64,000 bases of DNA from Octopus bimaculoides. Its lineage: Eukaryota. Location: NCBI RefSeq assembly GCF_001194135.2, contig NC_068982.1, positions 122,344,816 to 122,408,815 on the forward strand, written 5' to 3'. This document shows positions 1 to 13,517 of this stretch, piece by piece. Numbering within the stretch: position 1 is the stretch's first letter; each line of letters begins with the position of its first letter. A program made the translations under genes and the position numbers. The notes beneath the pieces were generated by a model. The model was not told the origin of the DNA, did no database searches, and was given only the letters and a program-made list of their open reading frames with translations.

Positions 1-3000
1 GCTACTTACATTGAAGGCATGTATCCTAGTGTATGTGTTGAAGCTGTTGAAAGGTTAGGTGAGTAGAATAAATTTTCTTCGCTTACAATTGAAATCCTTT
101 TAATGTTCTTATTTTTATTTTATTTTTTATCCACTGATGTTACTGGAAATTATGTGGGAAAGCTTATCGATTTCTCCATCTGATTAGGATGCTAGTTTGT
201 TGAAGGTTTTGTTTGTAACTTACATAGATGCAGAAACCCCAGTATTGTCTAATATGGTCTTCTCAATGGAGGCACATTTGAGGGAACCACGGTATTTGTT
301 TGTATTGTATTGGAGAGATCAATAGAAAAAACTTTTATAACTCTATTTCACTGGGACCCTTGGAACCTGAGAAGAGCACCTGAGGAAGTTGAGCCTCCAA
401 AAGTTTAGAGAATACATGGGGTAAACCAGTCAGTCAGTGGTCTTGTTATAGAACCACTTTAACATTTGTACCCCATCTGAAGTTCCCTTACAAATATCAA
501 TTCATCTTCTAACACTCTCTTTGTTTCTGTCCATTTAGGTTCCATTGAAGGAATTGGTTTTCAGATCTGGTCAGTTGGTTGGTTGTTGAGAGTCCTGCAA
601 CATGGACCAGCTAACTGAGATTACATCTTGCATGTTGCTTGATGATTACTTTTGTTCATGTGAAAGTTTGAATTTGGCATTGCAAACTACAAAACACTCA
701 CTGGTTGCACATTCCAGCCATGTCGTTGCATCTTTTTTCTTAGGCACAGTGGTAGACATAATTCAATGCTCAGTCTGATGTCACCGCTTTGTCTTTAGGT
801 ACCTTTAAAACAGAGTTTATTCTATTGTAAGCCTTCAGGCCAGATCTTCAGTCTGAGAATAACTTCTCCCAACTAGTGTCAGAGATGATGCAAAGGATCA
901 CTGGCACTACCCTCCCACCTCTGAGAAGGCAATATCCCACACTAATCTCCATTATTCAATGTGTCCTTCTTTTTTAAGACACTTTATTGTGATTGGAATG
1001 GGATTTGGTTGCTATTTTCTATCAGGTTAAGTGATGACTACACAGAGACTCCCTTATTAACACTATGCTTTTAAGATGAGAGAAATTGAATGTTATAATG
1101 ATCATGCCTTTCCCATGAGCATTTTCAGAAAAAATTATATAAAATGGGTTTCCACTTAAGATTGAAACTGCTTGGTAGATTTGGTTTGCAGGGAACTTAC
1201 TTATTGCTTTAAAGCACTAAATAAACTGTGAAGCTAAATATTGAAATGCATTCAGGCCAGCAGTGAATAAATCAATTTTCTATAAAAATAGTCAGTGGAT
1301 ATGATGACATGAGGGTTAATACATGAGACTAAAGATATCATAATGCTAGTGAAATAGAGCAGATGATATAATTTCCTATTCTTTGTCTGTTTAGTCATGA
1401 AATTGTGCGGGTTTTTTTTACCTTTTCTAGTGTTGCAAGATAGTGTAATAGATAAGGTAACTCATTGGTTTGAGCATATGTAACTCAACTTTTACAGGAA
1501 AAAAGTTGATAAGTGATTACTATGGGACCTGGTAGATGATGCACAAAAGGGGTGATAAGAGAGAGAGAGAGAGATGGATCTAATAGGTGGAAATGGTATG
1601 CAATTAGCTGGTTCAGAGATGCAGTGGCTGTTGTAGCAGTAATAGAAAAGACAATGAGAGAGAGATTACAGTGAATCTGAGGAACAAAGAACGTACTATG
1701 TTGGTGAGTGAGTCATGATGATAATATACAAGTGAAATGAAATTTTGCAGGTGATATATCAAAATACTTGCTGATGATGTGGGTTTGTTTACAGATCCAT
1801 TTATATCAATCTTCTCCACTTACTAAACATTGAATGCATGTGGAATCTGACATATCTTAGTTGTATTTGCTTCTAGTCATTCAACAATTTCATGTGAACT
1901 CTCAGGCCAAGTATTGATGTTAGAGACTGTGTCAGCAGTAGGTTAATGACACAAAATAATGAAGTGACAATCAACCTACACACCAACTACTGACAACTGC
2001 CCAGGACTAACCACAGTGTCAAGTGCTTGTCAGGGAAGTCACTAAGGGTTTGTTTGTTGATTTGATGCTGCAAAAAGAATTTTGTAGCAGAAAGAATTAA
2101 AACAGAGCTGCTATGAAAGTTTATCAGTCGAATTTTACTTTCACAGGAAGGTTTCAGTTCAGCACTGCATTTTAAGTGAACATTTGTAGAATGATCCTAT
2201 AGGACTATTTAGAGTTAAGTACCTTGACCACTGACACAGCATTGTGCTACTGATGGGATATGAACCATCAACCCTTCAGATAGTAGTCTGACACTTTTTC
2301 AACTAAAACTCAGATAATGGATTAGGATGATTATTAGGGGTATGTATCCACAGTATGAAATATTTAGACAATACTGAAAGCTCTAGTTTTATGTAGTATG
2401 TATCTTTGGTTGTTGAACCCAAGTGAGGAGTATTTGTCTCCAAGCTATCCCTAAAAAGAATTATGTGAGTGCTACATATTTAATGAAATATTCATCAATA
2501 CTATAGTATAATCATGGCCATTACAGTAATTCCTTGTGGTGCATGCTTGCAGATTGCAAGAACCTGTACAATAGTAACTAAACGTAATGCAAAATCACCC
2601 ACCCCTCAACTGATATCTGATCACCTTAAGGATCAGACCATCTATGATTCTAATTGGTATATTTGTATACTGAAGTATTTTTCATTTTTGACATTAATTG
2701 TACAAAAATCCTGTTTTATTTTATTCTGTAGCTGATTACCTGAAATTCAAGAATAAATGAAGTTCTAAAGAGATAAATAAGAAAGAAGAAAAAAAAGCAA
2801 AAGTAAAATTTTTAAAAAGTATAATAAAGTAAACGTAAAATTTCAACTTGTAAAAAGAAATGTGATTTTAAAAAACAAAATCATTTTGTTGTATTTTTTA
2901 ATTTCTGTTGTAGTATAAATGTTTTTTTTCTTTTTACTGTTGAAGACAGTTTTTTTATGTTTGTTTGGCTCCAGTCCTCAATCAGTCCTGAGTAAGTAGT

Positions 3001-3643
3001 TCTATTCTCAAATTTATCCCAGCCATAGCATCCTGTCTTCTTGTATGTCTATGACTACATTGCTCTTGTCTGTAGCAACCAGGTGAAATTTTTCGCTTTC
3101 CACTGTTTTTGTCTGTTTACTGGACCAACGAGGGAACAGCATCTCTTTAGTTGTGCATTGGTTGTACAATGCACAACAGAACTAAAAGCTCACTCTTTAG
3201 CAGTTCAAGCAAAGCAAGGAATTAGCTGAATTAGTCATTGTCTGTTTTTGTTCAGCTAATCTTAATATGAGACATGTTTCAGCTGAATGAGATATCGATT
3301 TGCCTTATCTCTATTCTGTCATATGTTAATTTCTTTTCTTTTATCTCAGCAACATTTCCCATTTCACTACATATATGACCTGAAACTTCTTTGTAAATGA
3401 CTTTCCCAACGCATTTATATACGCAAAATTACCTCTGCAACAAATGTTTACTCAAACATTGTTTCTAAGAAAATTATAATAGAAAGTTATTTCTTCTTTG
3501 TGCACAAATTACTATTTCATTCAAATCTGTATTTTATGGACAATTGGAAGTAAGCATATGCTGTTTAGCCACATTGAAGTGGCATATCACTTAGGCTGGC
3601 AGTATCACTTACTTCTGGTAAGTAGGAAATTTCTCTTTCACTT

Positions 3644-3988
3644 ATCATCATCATCATCATCATCATCATCATCGTTTAACGTCCGTTTTCCATGCTAGCA
3701 TGGGTTGGACGATTTGACTGAGGACTGGTGAAACTAGATGGCTACACCAGGCTCCAATCTGATTTGGCAGAGTTTTTACAGCTGGATGCCCTTCCTAACG
3801 CCAACCACTCAGAGATTATAGTGGGTGCTTTTACGTGTCACCCGCACGAAGGCCAGTCAGGCGGTACTGGCAACGGCCACACTCAAAATGGTGCATTTCA
3901 TGTGCCACCCGCACAAGAGCCAGTCCAGGGGCACTGGCAATGATCTCGCTCGAAAAATTTCATGTGTCACCCGCACAAGAGCCAGCCC
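3644..3988 (-). repeat. RTE-LINE 3'-end repeat with (GAT)n tail
   Basis: (cat)n-cgtttaacgtccgttttccatgctagcatgggttggacg...ctggatgcccttcctaacgccaacc; near-identical to the copies at 8530, 39527 and 56579. Confidence 0.85.
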
Positions 3989-4234
3989 AATTTTTACTAT
4001 ATTGGTGACCTTGACTTTTGATGAAATAGCCATTTTCTGATAACAGCAACAAAATCTCCCAAGCTACTCTTCCAACTCACTGCTATCACTATGATGGCTG
4101 AAGCAACACCAGAAAATCAATCAAGCATCAGCTTAACTTTTAACATCTGTGCCACATGATTCTGCCCAATGGTACATGTATCTCTCAGACCTATACTACC
4201 TGAAACTGTTCCAAATCAAAACAGTGTTTTTTAA

Positions 4235-4457
4235 TCCTTTAGTATTTAAACTGGTCATATCTGACCCAAATATTTTGTCTGTTTTATTTTTAAACTGGTC
4301 AGAACAGGCCTTTCACAGCTCCCCAACATTGTCTTTTTACAAATAAACAACCGCATCATCAAAATCTCAAGGCTACAAGATAAGGCATGATTAATTTAAA
4401 ATGATGTGAATGCATAATAAGCATTACATTTGACAAAGTAATCTGAATGCTAAAGGG
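4235..4457. mobile_element. piggyBac-type MITE of a second family; partial inverted copy near 58170-58312
   Basis: TTAA|tcctttagtattta ... tgaatgctaaaggg|TTAA. The left end is echoed in reverse complement by aatatttgggcctgatatcactggtttaaatgctaaagg at about 58263-58300. Confidence 0.65.
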
Positions 4458-5359
4458 TTAAAGCAAGTTATTTATTCTCTTATCAAAGGGAGAAAACTTT
4501 AATTCCTTCATCTATTAGTAATTAAAACTCTAACGTTCACTATTAAAATCAATACATACATTACTGAATTTTTTGTCATTTAATCTCAAAAGTTTTTTTG
4601 TCTTATTAAAATTTTTGGGCATATCTGTGTGTGTTGTTACTGAAAGCTTACCTGTAAATTTCATTATGTAAAAGACACAAAAAGGTCCAAGAAAAACATT
4701 TTGTTTTGTTTGTAATTTTTGTATGTCCATGTTTGTACTTTATATATTACAGACATCTTATTTTTTAGTGTATCTGTTTTATCATGTGATAAATTAATAT
4801 GCAACATTAATTATAATACAAATGACTATTTACATTAAACATGACCAAGTCTTTTCTACAATAATACTAATTTTCATGATAATCTGACACAAATAAATAC
4901 ACTATAAGCATTTGAACAAATAAGCTCAATTTTAGGTATTTTCTGCTTAATCAATGAGCTGAGAATTTGATTGAGAAAATTTTTAACAGGTTATTAAGAG
5001 TTTAAGCTGCTTTCTGGATCAACAACTCAGCGCCAAGCCTGGAATTTGCTACAAGTAAAACAGCAATGGATAGCAGGCCTGCTAATGAGAGGACAGCAGG
5101 CTAGCTATGGTAAATCCTGTATAGCAGTGATGGATGGTAGATACACTTGTGAAGACGTTAGAGCAGGTATAAAGTACCAATTCAGATGCAGTAATCCTCA
5201 GACAACTCTTATCAACCTTAGCAGAGAGGACCATGAACAACTGTGCACTCAACACAGTCACCATTTCATTACCTTTCACAACTGCAATTTGTAATATTGA
5301 ACTCTAGAACAAAGTATTTCACTTTACAAACCAGCTGGGAACCAAGAATGTAAATTCTT

Positions 5360-5401
<42 letters not shown>

Positions 5402-7134
5402 TAAAACACTTATTGCCCGTGTATTTTCTACAAATACACTTGTATGAAAATACACACATTATGCAGAGCCACTTATGTACTGTACACACTTAATGCAGAC
5501 CCACTTGCATCTTGTGTCCACATCATGCAAATCCATTTATATTTTGTGCACACATCATATAGACCCACTTTCATCTTGTGGATATATACTTGACATGCTG
5601 TGTCACCCTTTGGCTGACAGACCATCTTTAACATTTACTCTTTTGAGTATATTTGTATCATAATTTGATTTTTTACCACCTTTGCTCCCCAGCAATATTG
5701 ACAATGACTACTGTAATAACTTTCGTGTAACTGAATGAAAATTTAGTTATTCCCTATTTTTCACTAGTTTATTGAAAATCTGAGAGAGTAGTATTTCAAT
5801 TACACATTGGCTAAACAAAATTCAAAACTCTTCTCTCTCTCTTTCTCTTTTCTTTACAGAACTCAATCAGAATAAGGAACCATAAAATTAGTCATTGTCT
5901 ACTCTTGTTTCAGTCTGTCTTATTACAAGAAACGTTTCTGTGGAACAAGACATCAATTTACTCTTTTCTGCCATGCAACTGCTTGTGTCTGTTAATTTCT
6001 TTTCCTTTATCTCTGTAACATTTCTCATTCTCTTATGTCTGTGGCATTAAAAAAACTTATTTTTCATGAAAATAAAAAATACACCACTAACTTTTAAGCA
6101 CATCCACATGCACAACATTACCTCTACAATATGTGTTAACTGAAACCTTGTTTTAATGGATGTTGTAATTGAATATTGTTACTTTTTCCCCTATGTGAAT
6201 CACAGTTTTATTTAAACCTCTAAATATTGTTTAACTACATTGGATTAGAGTACCACATCAGTTGGCAGAGCTCTATCTTTTGACCTTTTGGCGGTATATA
6301 AAGAAAAAAGAACTTATATGCAAAATGGAGACAAATCACCACAATTTTTTTAAAGTGGAACATTTGAAAACTGTGAACTGTAAATGCATGAAACCTAAGG
6401 TAGTGACAAAAAATCCACAAATAAAGAAAGTATGTATCCACCAATGCAACGCTGAGTAGTCATTTTCACTGTTTGCCACACACACACACACACATGCACA
6501 CAATGTATTTTTATTGTCTCACATCAATATTCTCTCCACGTTCTTTTTAAGGCTGTATAATGTAATCTGAGGGATATTTGGTTGCTGTTTATAGCAGATC
6601 ACATGGCCTACTAGTTATAAATAATAAATTATTCCCGTCAGTGAAGTAATCATTGTTGTTATGTAGCCTTTGGGTTAGCACTGAATGAGAAAACCTATGA
6701 ACAAGACACTCTAGTTGTGATTATTCTGTCATTATTTCAGGCATAGTAGTGTATCCAGAACTACATTATCCAGCAAATTTGTTCTTCCCTTCAACAATTG
6801 GGTGTGAATTGAAGGAGGATTCAACTACTATTTCAAACAGGTCGAATGACTGTGTACAGGTTTTACTGTAGTTTTCACAGTTGGATATTTTTTTACAGCT
6901 AATTACACCTTTATGATGTGGGATGTGGAGCTCGTCTGTTAGTTTAGCAAACTGAGGCAAGCAGAAGTATATCCTTTACTAACATACAAGTCATTGGTTA
7001 TAATAAAATTTTATTAAATCAACTTATATAAATACCACCATTACTTTCAAAGCTGTTGCCTCACTTATATAAGGTAATCCTTTACATTATGATGATAAAC
7101 TCAAAAGAATTCACAATAAAAGAATATACATGTA

Positions 7135-7550
7135 TGGTCATGGTTGTGTGATAAAGAAGCTTGCTTCCTAACCACTTGGTCTTGAGTTCAGTCCCACTGT
7201 GTGACACCTTGGACAAGTGCCCCCTTCTGCTATAACTCCAGGCTGATCAAAACCTTGTGAGTGAATTTGGTAGATGGAAACTGAAAGAAGCCCATCGTAT
7301 ATATGTGTGTATGTATGTATGTATGTATGTATGTGTGTGCATGCATGTGTGTACACCCTTATGATACAAGTAAAATTGTTCATTCACAGTCTTCCATGAG
7401 AAACATGTCTTGCTTTAGAAAACTGTTGTTTGGAAACAGGTAAGGGTTGGTGACAGGAAGGACATCTGACTATAGAAAATCTCCTTCAACAGGTTCTACT
7501 TGACCCAGCAAGTATAGAAAAATGAGCGTTAAAGAATGATGATGATGATT
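7135..7550 (+). mobile_element. Composite SINE: tRNA head + CORE + (GTAT)n + V-domain-like motif + (GAT)n tail
   Basis: Head and core as at 49131, but the 3' half reads ggttggtgacaggaaggacatctgactatagaaa...gttaaagaatgatgatgatgat, like the RTE-type ends. Confidence 0.6.
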
Positions 7551-8404
7551 TCTCCTTTCCTTGACTGTACAAGACTAATCTGCTGGAATTGCTATTATGT
7601 TGAAGTAAACACTCCTAGCCTTGTTAATTATGTTTTATATAGTTATATAGTTAATACCTTCAAAAACATTAATTAATATACGTATATTGTTTAACTTAAT
7701 AGTTGTGGCATTATTGTTTGTCTCTTTATAAATTTAATGAAGATCATATTTCTAGTGTGTGTTTATTCATTTTGATGGTTTTAGTTGGTATCATTTATTC
7801 TTATTTTCTATTTAGCTTATGGCTGTAATGTAAAGGATCACCCACATACAATATTTTTTTATTTAGAGTTTCTAAGTCATAGAATTCATAGCAATTAGTG
7901 TAACATTGTATGAGCTTTAAAGTTTCATGCTGAAGTGATTTTCAACTAAATATTTTATCTTGAAACTGGGAGTGTCATTTTTATGTTTTCTATTAGGCCT
8001 CAATGATAATAAAAAAAAAAAATAATAAAATGAAATACTTAAGCATTGTCAGATATAAACTATATAAACTGTCACATGCAATATATTTTAATGCATTTCA
8101 GAAAATTCCTCTTATCTAAGTTGTTTTTTTTTTTAAATTCTTATGCTGTAGGTGAGTTTTATTTGTGATAACTTTGACCATAACTTTCATCTTACCCACA
8201 ATTGAATAAGTGATGTTTTATTCTACATTGTTTCTACATATTTCTGTAACCCCGTCTATAATAATCAAGTTTTTGTGAGCCAATGAGTAAGCCACTATTT
8301 AACCTGGGGTTAAATGAAAACAACAACAAATAAGTTCTTGTGGATTGTTCTTTGATTTGTTTATTTCAACAACTTCATGTTTGATATGTGTACAAACACA
8401 TTTA

Positions 8405-8950
8405 CTGGGGTTGGACAAAATAATGCAAACACCTTGTTAAATGAAGTTTTATTACTTAATACAGAGTTGGTCCAACTTTGGCATCAATCACAGCTCTAAT
8501 ACATCAAGGAATTGATTTGTATATGAAAGCGAAATCGTGATGGCACCTGTGAACAGCGTCGCCTTTCTGGCACTTGTGCCGGATGGCATGTGTAAGGACT
8601 TTCGAGCGAGATCATTGCCAGTGTTCATGGACTGGCTCTTGTGTGGGTGGCACATAAAATACACCATTTTGAGCATGGCCGTTGCCAGTACCGCCTGACT
8701 GGCCTTCGTGCTGGTGGCACGTAAAAGCACCCACTACACTCTCTCAGTGGTTGGCGTTAGGAAGGGCATCCAGCTGTAGAAACTCTGCCAAATCAGATTG
8801 GAGCCTGGTGTAGCCATCTGGTTTCACCAGTCCTCAGTCAAATCGTCCAACCCATGCTAGCATGTAAAGTGGATGTTAAACGATGATGATGATGATGATG
8901 ATGTTCTGAAAGACTGTTAGAGGAATTTTGAACCATTCTTCAAGTAAAAC
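8405..8950 (-). mobile_element. Tc1-like transposon 3' fragment interrupted by an RTE 3'-end insertion
   Basis: TIR-like ta|ctggggttggacaaaataatgcaaacac. Minus-strand translation across the insertion gives VLLEEWFKIPLTVFRT...KSIP*CIRAVIDAKVGPTLY*, the Tc1 transposase C-terminal pattern. Confidence 0.7.
8528..8903 (+). repeat. RTE-LINE 3'-end repeat inside the Tc1 fragment; short second copy at about 8955-9048
   Basis: ggttggcgttaggaagggcatccagctgtagaaac...ccaacccatgctagcatg...gttaaacgatgatgatgat. Confidence 0.85.
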
Positions 8951-9481
8951 TTGCTGGTGCAGGTCTCCAGCTTGCCAGTTTTGCTCAAACTCTCCAATCC
9001 ATGCCAGCATCGAAAACAAACGTTAAACGATTATGATGATGATGTTGATGAAACACTGTGGTTGATTTGTTTGACTGAACTCTTTGCGGTAGTGCCCCAG
9101 TATGGCCACAGTCCTATGACTGAAACAAGAAAAAGATAAAAGGTAAAGATAATGGAGTTCTAGATAGACTATCCTTGTAAAAGGACAAATATAATACTAT
9201 GATGGTCTTCTTCATCAGGGCAGACCAAGGGTTAAACAACAATAACATCAACAACGAAAAGTTAGCAGTACCTATTTACATTTAGATGGACTCAGCTGTG
9301 GAAATTGAAGATTATTGACTGTAGACAATATGTTGTACCTTTGACAATACAAACTCCTCAACCATTCAGCTATTTGTCCAGTACTCCTCTATCAACAGAG
9401 CCATGTATACTCTACGACATTGAATAGGCAGGATATAAGCAATAATATAAAGAAAGAATATATGTGAACCTATCAGCTTTA

Positions 9482-9527
<46 letters not shown>

Positions 9528-9789
9528 NNNNNNNNNNNNNNNNNNNNNNNNNNNNNNNNNNNNNNNNNNNNNNNNNNNNNNNNNNNNNNNNNNNNNNNNN
9601 NNNNNNNNNNNNNNNNNNNNNNNNNNNNNNNNNNNNNNNNNNNNNNNNNNNNNNNNNNNNNNNNNNNNNNNNNNNNNNNNNNNNNNNNNNNNNNNNNNNN
9701 NNNNNNNNNNNNNNNNNNNNNNNNNNNNNNNNNNNNNNNNNNNNNNNNNNNNNNNNNNNNNNNNNNNNNNNNNNNNNNNNNNNNNNNNN

Positions 9790-9836
<47 letters not shown>

Positions 9837-10011
9837 ATATCTGTATTTGCATACAGGTTTTCCCCAATGTAATATTTATTTGCTATATCTATTATCTACT
9901 TCCAAGCTATTAAATTGTATTGTTCTAACTGTATTTGCATATTGTTTTATAAAGTTTATTATGTGCTGCTCTTAGACATTTGTAACACATAAAGAAACAA
10001 TTAATACTTCT

Positions 10012-10069
10012 GCTGCTACTGTTGCTACTACTGCTGTTGCCACTCCTGCCGCTGTCACTGCTGCTGCTG

Positions 10070-10105
<36 letters not shown>

Positions 10106-10110
10106 TTACT
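10012..10110. repeat. (CTG/CTA)n trinucleotide microsatellite
   Basis: ctgctgctactgttgctacta...(cta)n. Confidence 0.95.
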
Positions 10111-10134
10111 ACCATTTACCTTTGCCACCACTAC

Positions 10135-10310
10135 TAATGGTGGTGAATTGGCAGAGATAATTGCATCAGACAAAACACTTGACAGTATTTGCTCTCATGC
10201 TTTACATTTGGAGTTCAGATTCAGACTTGGCTAACTTTGATTTTTCATTCATCTGGGGTTGATGAAATAAAGTACTTGCCAACTACAGGGGCTGGAGGGT
10301 ATATCAGCCG
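10135..10310 (+). mobile_element. Diverged Nin/Deu-type SINE following a (CTA/CTG)n microsatellite
   Basis: ggtggtgaattggcagag...gagttcagattc...tttttcattcatctggggttgatgaaataaagtac. Confidence 0.6.
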
Positions 10311-10620
10311 AAATGTTATGTTAACAACAAACAAGACGAGGACAAATATCCGTCAAATGTAAATAATGTACATAATTCTTCATCTCTTAAATCTAGAACT
10401 GTATAATGGTACATAGTATATTTATGTTAAGGGAATACTCATTTATTTCTGATATACTCAGCTCAGAAATGTTTGAGACACTTGCTCTTGCGCTTATGCT
10501 TCGTGCTGGTCTTCTGTTGTAGGAACCAGCAGTAGTCACCCATCGTGTGTGAATTGAACCAGCCTTGATACCTCCTTTACATCTCAGATATGTCCTGCTG
10601 CAACCTCTTACCATACTCAT

Positions 10621-12478
10621 CACTGATGGCACCAAGATTCATTGAAAAAAAATCGAAATGAGAATGCAAGAAGTGCATTTTAAGGGACATTCAGCATTTC
10701 ATTTTTCATACGCTGTTAGCATGTTGTTTATTAAATCAGCATAGTTTTCCACTCTATGATTTCCAAGAAAGTTTTGTACAACTAACACAAATGAATCTCA
10801 TGCCATCAGCTCAACTGGATTCAGTTTACCTCTGAATTTGCAATCAGACATCCATTCTCTGATCTCAGGTTCAATGAAAATACTTGCTTTCAGTTTGCAT
10901 CACTTTTCTCTGCACCAAATTTTACTTTTAGGTACTGGAAGCCACACCCATCATGTGTCATTGCTTTTATGAAGTTTTTCATGAGGCCAAGTTTGATGTG
11001 AAGGAGTGGAAGGAAGATCTTTTGCAGGTCTACCAGTGGCATATGCTGCACATTGTACTGACCAACTTTGCGCTCATCTCTTTTATGCCAGTCTTTTACA
11101 GTGTAATGATTGCTGTCATCACAGCTTTTCCAAACATACAAGAAGCATGTACTTTCGGTATATCCCAGCTGCAGTCCTAGGAGGAGGGAAATCACCTTTA
11201 AATCACCACAAATATTTCACTTATGAATTGAGTAATTAACTCCTTTCAGAATGAGTTCCATCGATTCATAAGTTTCTTTCATACTGACAACATGACCCAC
11301 AGGAATGGAAGGTTTTCATTACTATTATGTAGTAACACAGCTTTGAGGCTAACCTTACTTGTGTCTGTAAACAATCTTCATTCATTAGTCACATGTACAT
11401 GTCCTAGTTTTTGCATGAGTGCATTAATGTCAGTACAGAAACAAACATTATTTTCTTGCTTGAAAGAGACAGATAAGCCTTCATAGCGAGAACAGAAAAT
11501 GGAAATTTCCATACCTTGCTGTAGTCTGGATCCCAAAACTTCTACCTTCTCATTTGAAAGTGCTAGGTCTCTTACTAAATTGTTCAAATCTTGATTAAAC
11601 AAGCGTGGCTCATTTTTCTTAGAATCAACTATGTACTCTGCATCGATAGGAGAATCAGGGGGTTCATCATGCAACGTGTCAAGGTCTTCAACTGAATCAT
11701 GTGAGAGGGAACTGGGACAAGGTTCTTGAAGTCATGTGGGACTAGTTTTAGAGCCAACTTACACAATTTTTGCTTTGATTTTCTTTGAAAAGCCACAAAT
11801 ATTAGTCATGCAAAAGTAACAATCAGAGACAGGATTGGTTGGATCACACCTTACCATTGGTACAACAAAAGGCATTCCCTTCCGTTTTCCATTCAACCAC
11901 TGTGTAAGCCCTGAGTGACACATGGTGCAGTATATATGAGGTGTCCACCTCTTGTCTTGGTCCTCAACTTTACACCCAAAATAATATTTATAAGCAGTTT
12001 TTAATTTGGTGGCAATGTTCTTCTGCTGGTCATGCTGAACAAATTTTCCACAGACATAACAAAAGTTGTCTGGGTGATTCACACAGCCTCTCCTATTCAT
12101 GATCTAACACAATGAACACAGTTAAAACAGTAACCACGCAGAGCGAGAGATACACATACCACACGTGACAACAGCACAAACAACACTGAGAGTTATCAAG
12201 AACAAACTGATGTATTTGGCACTTGCACACAATACGTCAGTGCCATCTATTGCTAAATTAAATAAACTTTCTCAGTTTGTTTTATTGCTGTTTAATTTTG
12301 AATTAAGACCGCTTTTATTTTAGCAAATTTTATAATACAGCCTTATATTTAGCCAAAAGTATAGTTATAATCTTGTGTATGCACATAACTCAAAATCCTG
12401 ATGTGCCAGAACAATTCTGAATGTGGATTCAGAATCAGCATCCTCGATTTAGTCTAAAATACACGCTCTTGTCCAGTG
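10621..12478 (-). mobile_element. Degenerate DNA transposon, probably Chapaev/CMC-like, with fragmented transposase
   Basis: Minus-strand ORF pieces: N-terminal Cys/His-rich region (CVNHPDNFCYVCG...YFG...DQDKRWTPHIYCTMC...W...MPFVVPM...DCYFC) and later PLVDLQKIFLPLLHIKLGLMKNFIKAM. Termini CACTG (10621) and CAGTG (12478) are both flanked by TCAT (4-bp TSD). Superfamily name is from recalled motifs. Confidence 0.72.
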
Positions 12479-13517
12479 TCATCAACCACTGGACTTACTG
12501 TCTTGAGTTCCAAGACACATAGAGCCAGTTACTCTGTCTCCATGGTGTATAAGTGACTAAAATCACAACATTGCCTCCGAATGGAATGCCAGTCCATTAT
12601 GGTTGTGCCTGGTGAGCTGGCAGAATAATTTACACACTGGACAAAATGCTGAGTGGCATTTCATCCATCTGTACATACTGAGTTCAAATTCCGCCAAGGT
12701 TGACTTTGCCTTTCATCCTTTTGGGGTTGATAAAATAAGTCTCAGTTGAGCACAGAGGTTGATTTAATCGACTTAACCCCTCTCACCAAATTGCTGGCCT
12801 TATTCCAAAATTTGAAACCTTTATTATCATCAATGTAATTTTTTGCTCTGTGCTCAAAATTTTTGTGAATCAACTTTGCTTTGCTCCTTCTGAGATTAAT
12901 GAGAACCAGTTAAGTTTTAGGGTCAGTTTGTGACCTTATGCTTATGTTAGAAATCATTAACCGTCATTATTTCAAGTTGATGGTAGAATCAGCAGAGCAG
13001 AGGAAAAATATTTTGTTGGATTCAGTTAAATTTTTGAAGTTCTAATTTCAAATTGTGCTGGGTTGACTTCGGTCGTCATACTTTTGGAATCAATAAAATA
13101 AAGTAGCAGTTAAGGCAAAGCTGACAGGTTTTGTACACAGAATGTTATGAGCTGAAATAAATAGCACAAGGTATTTTGTGTAATGTTCCATCATTTCTGT
13201 CAATTAAATACTGGCACCTATTTGACTTACTAGACCCTATCTCCCCTCATCCCAAATGTGGTCCTGCACCAAAGTTAGAAATCTCAAACTTTCAACTGCA
13301 GAAAGCAATTTTATATACCAGACTATCTTTTGTTGAGATGTAGCATGTTTCATGGGATAATTCACAAGTGATAAACTGATAAACACTCCAATTGGCCAGT
13401 AACATGCCACTGATGATACTGAAAGGTATCCCAATTAAAGAATTGGTTTGAATTCTATACCTCTGCTTATTGATGGAATATAACTTGGAGAAAATACCAA
13501 TTTCAATTTTTGTTAGA

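Noticed and set aside
1616-1703. Possible + strand exon (RCSGCCSSNRKDNEREITVNLRNKERTML|GTGAGT)
   Set aside because: Good donor, but no polypyrimidine acceptor, no recognisable protein and no partner exons.
3728-4040. Recurrent short ORFs MKLDGYTRLQSDLAEFLQLDALPNANHSE (also 8488, 37094, 39603)
   Set aside because: They are antisense translations of the RTE 3'UTR repeat, not a gene family.
5046-5294. 82-aa + strand ORF
   Set aside because: TTG start, upstream stop and no recognisable motif; probably TE debris.
9412-9975. ORFs spanning N-gaps or microsatellites (also 15443, 26698-26938, 40985-41761, 52960-53260, 54740-55439)
   Set aside because: Artefacts of Ns and of (AT)n, (AG)n or (CTA)n repeats.
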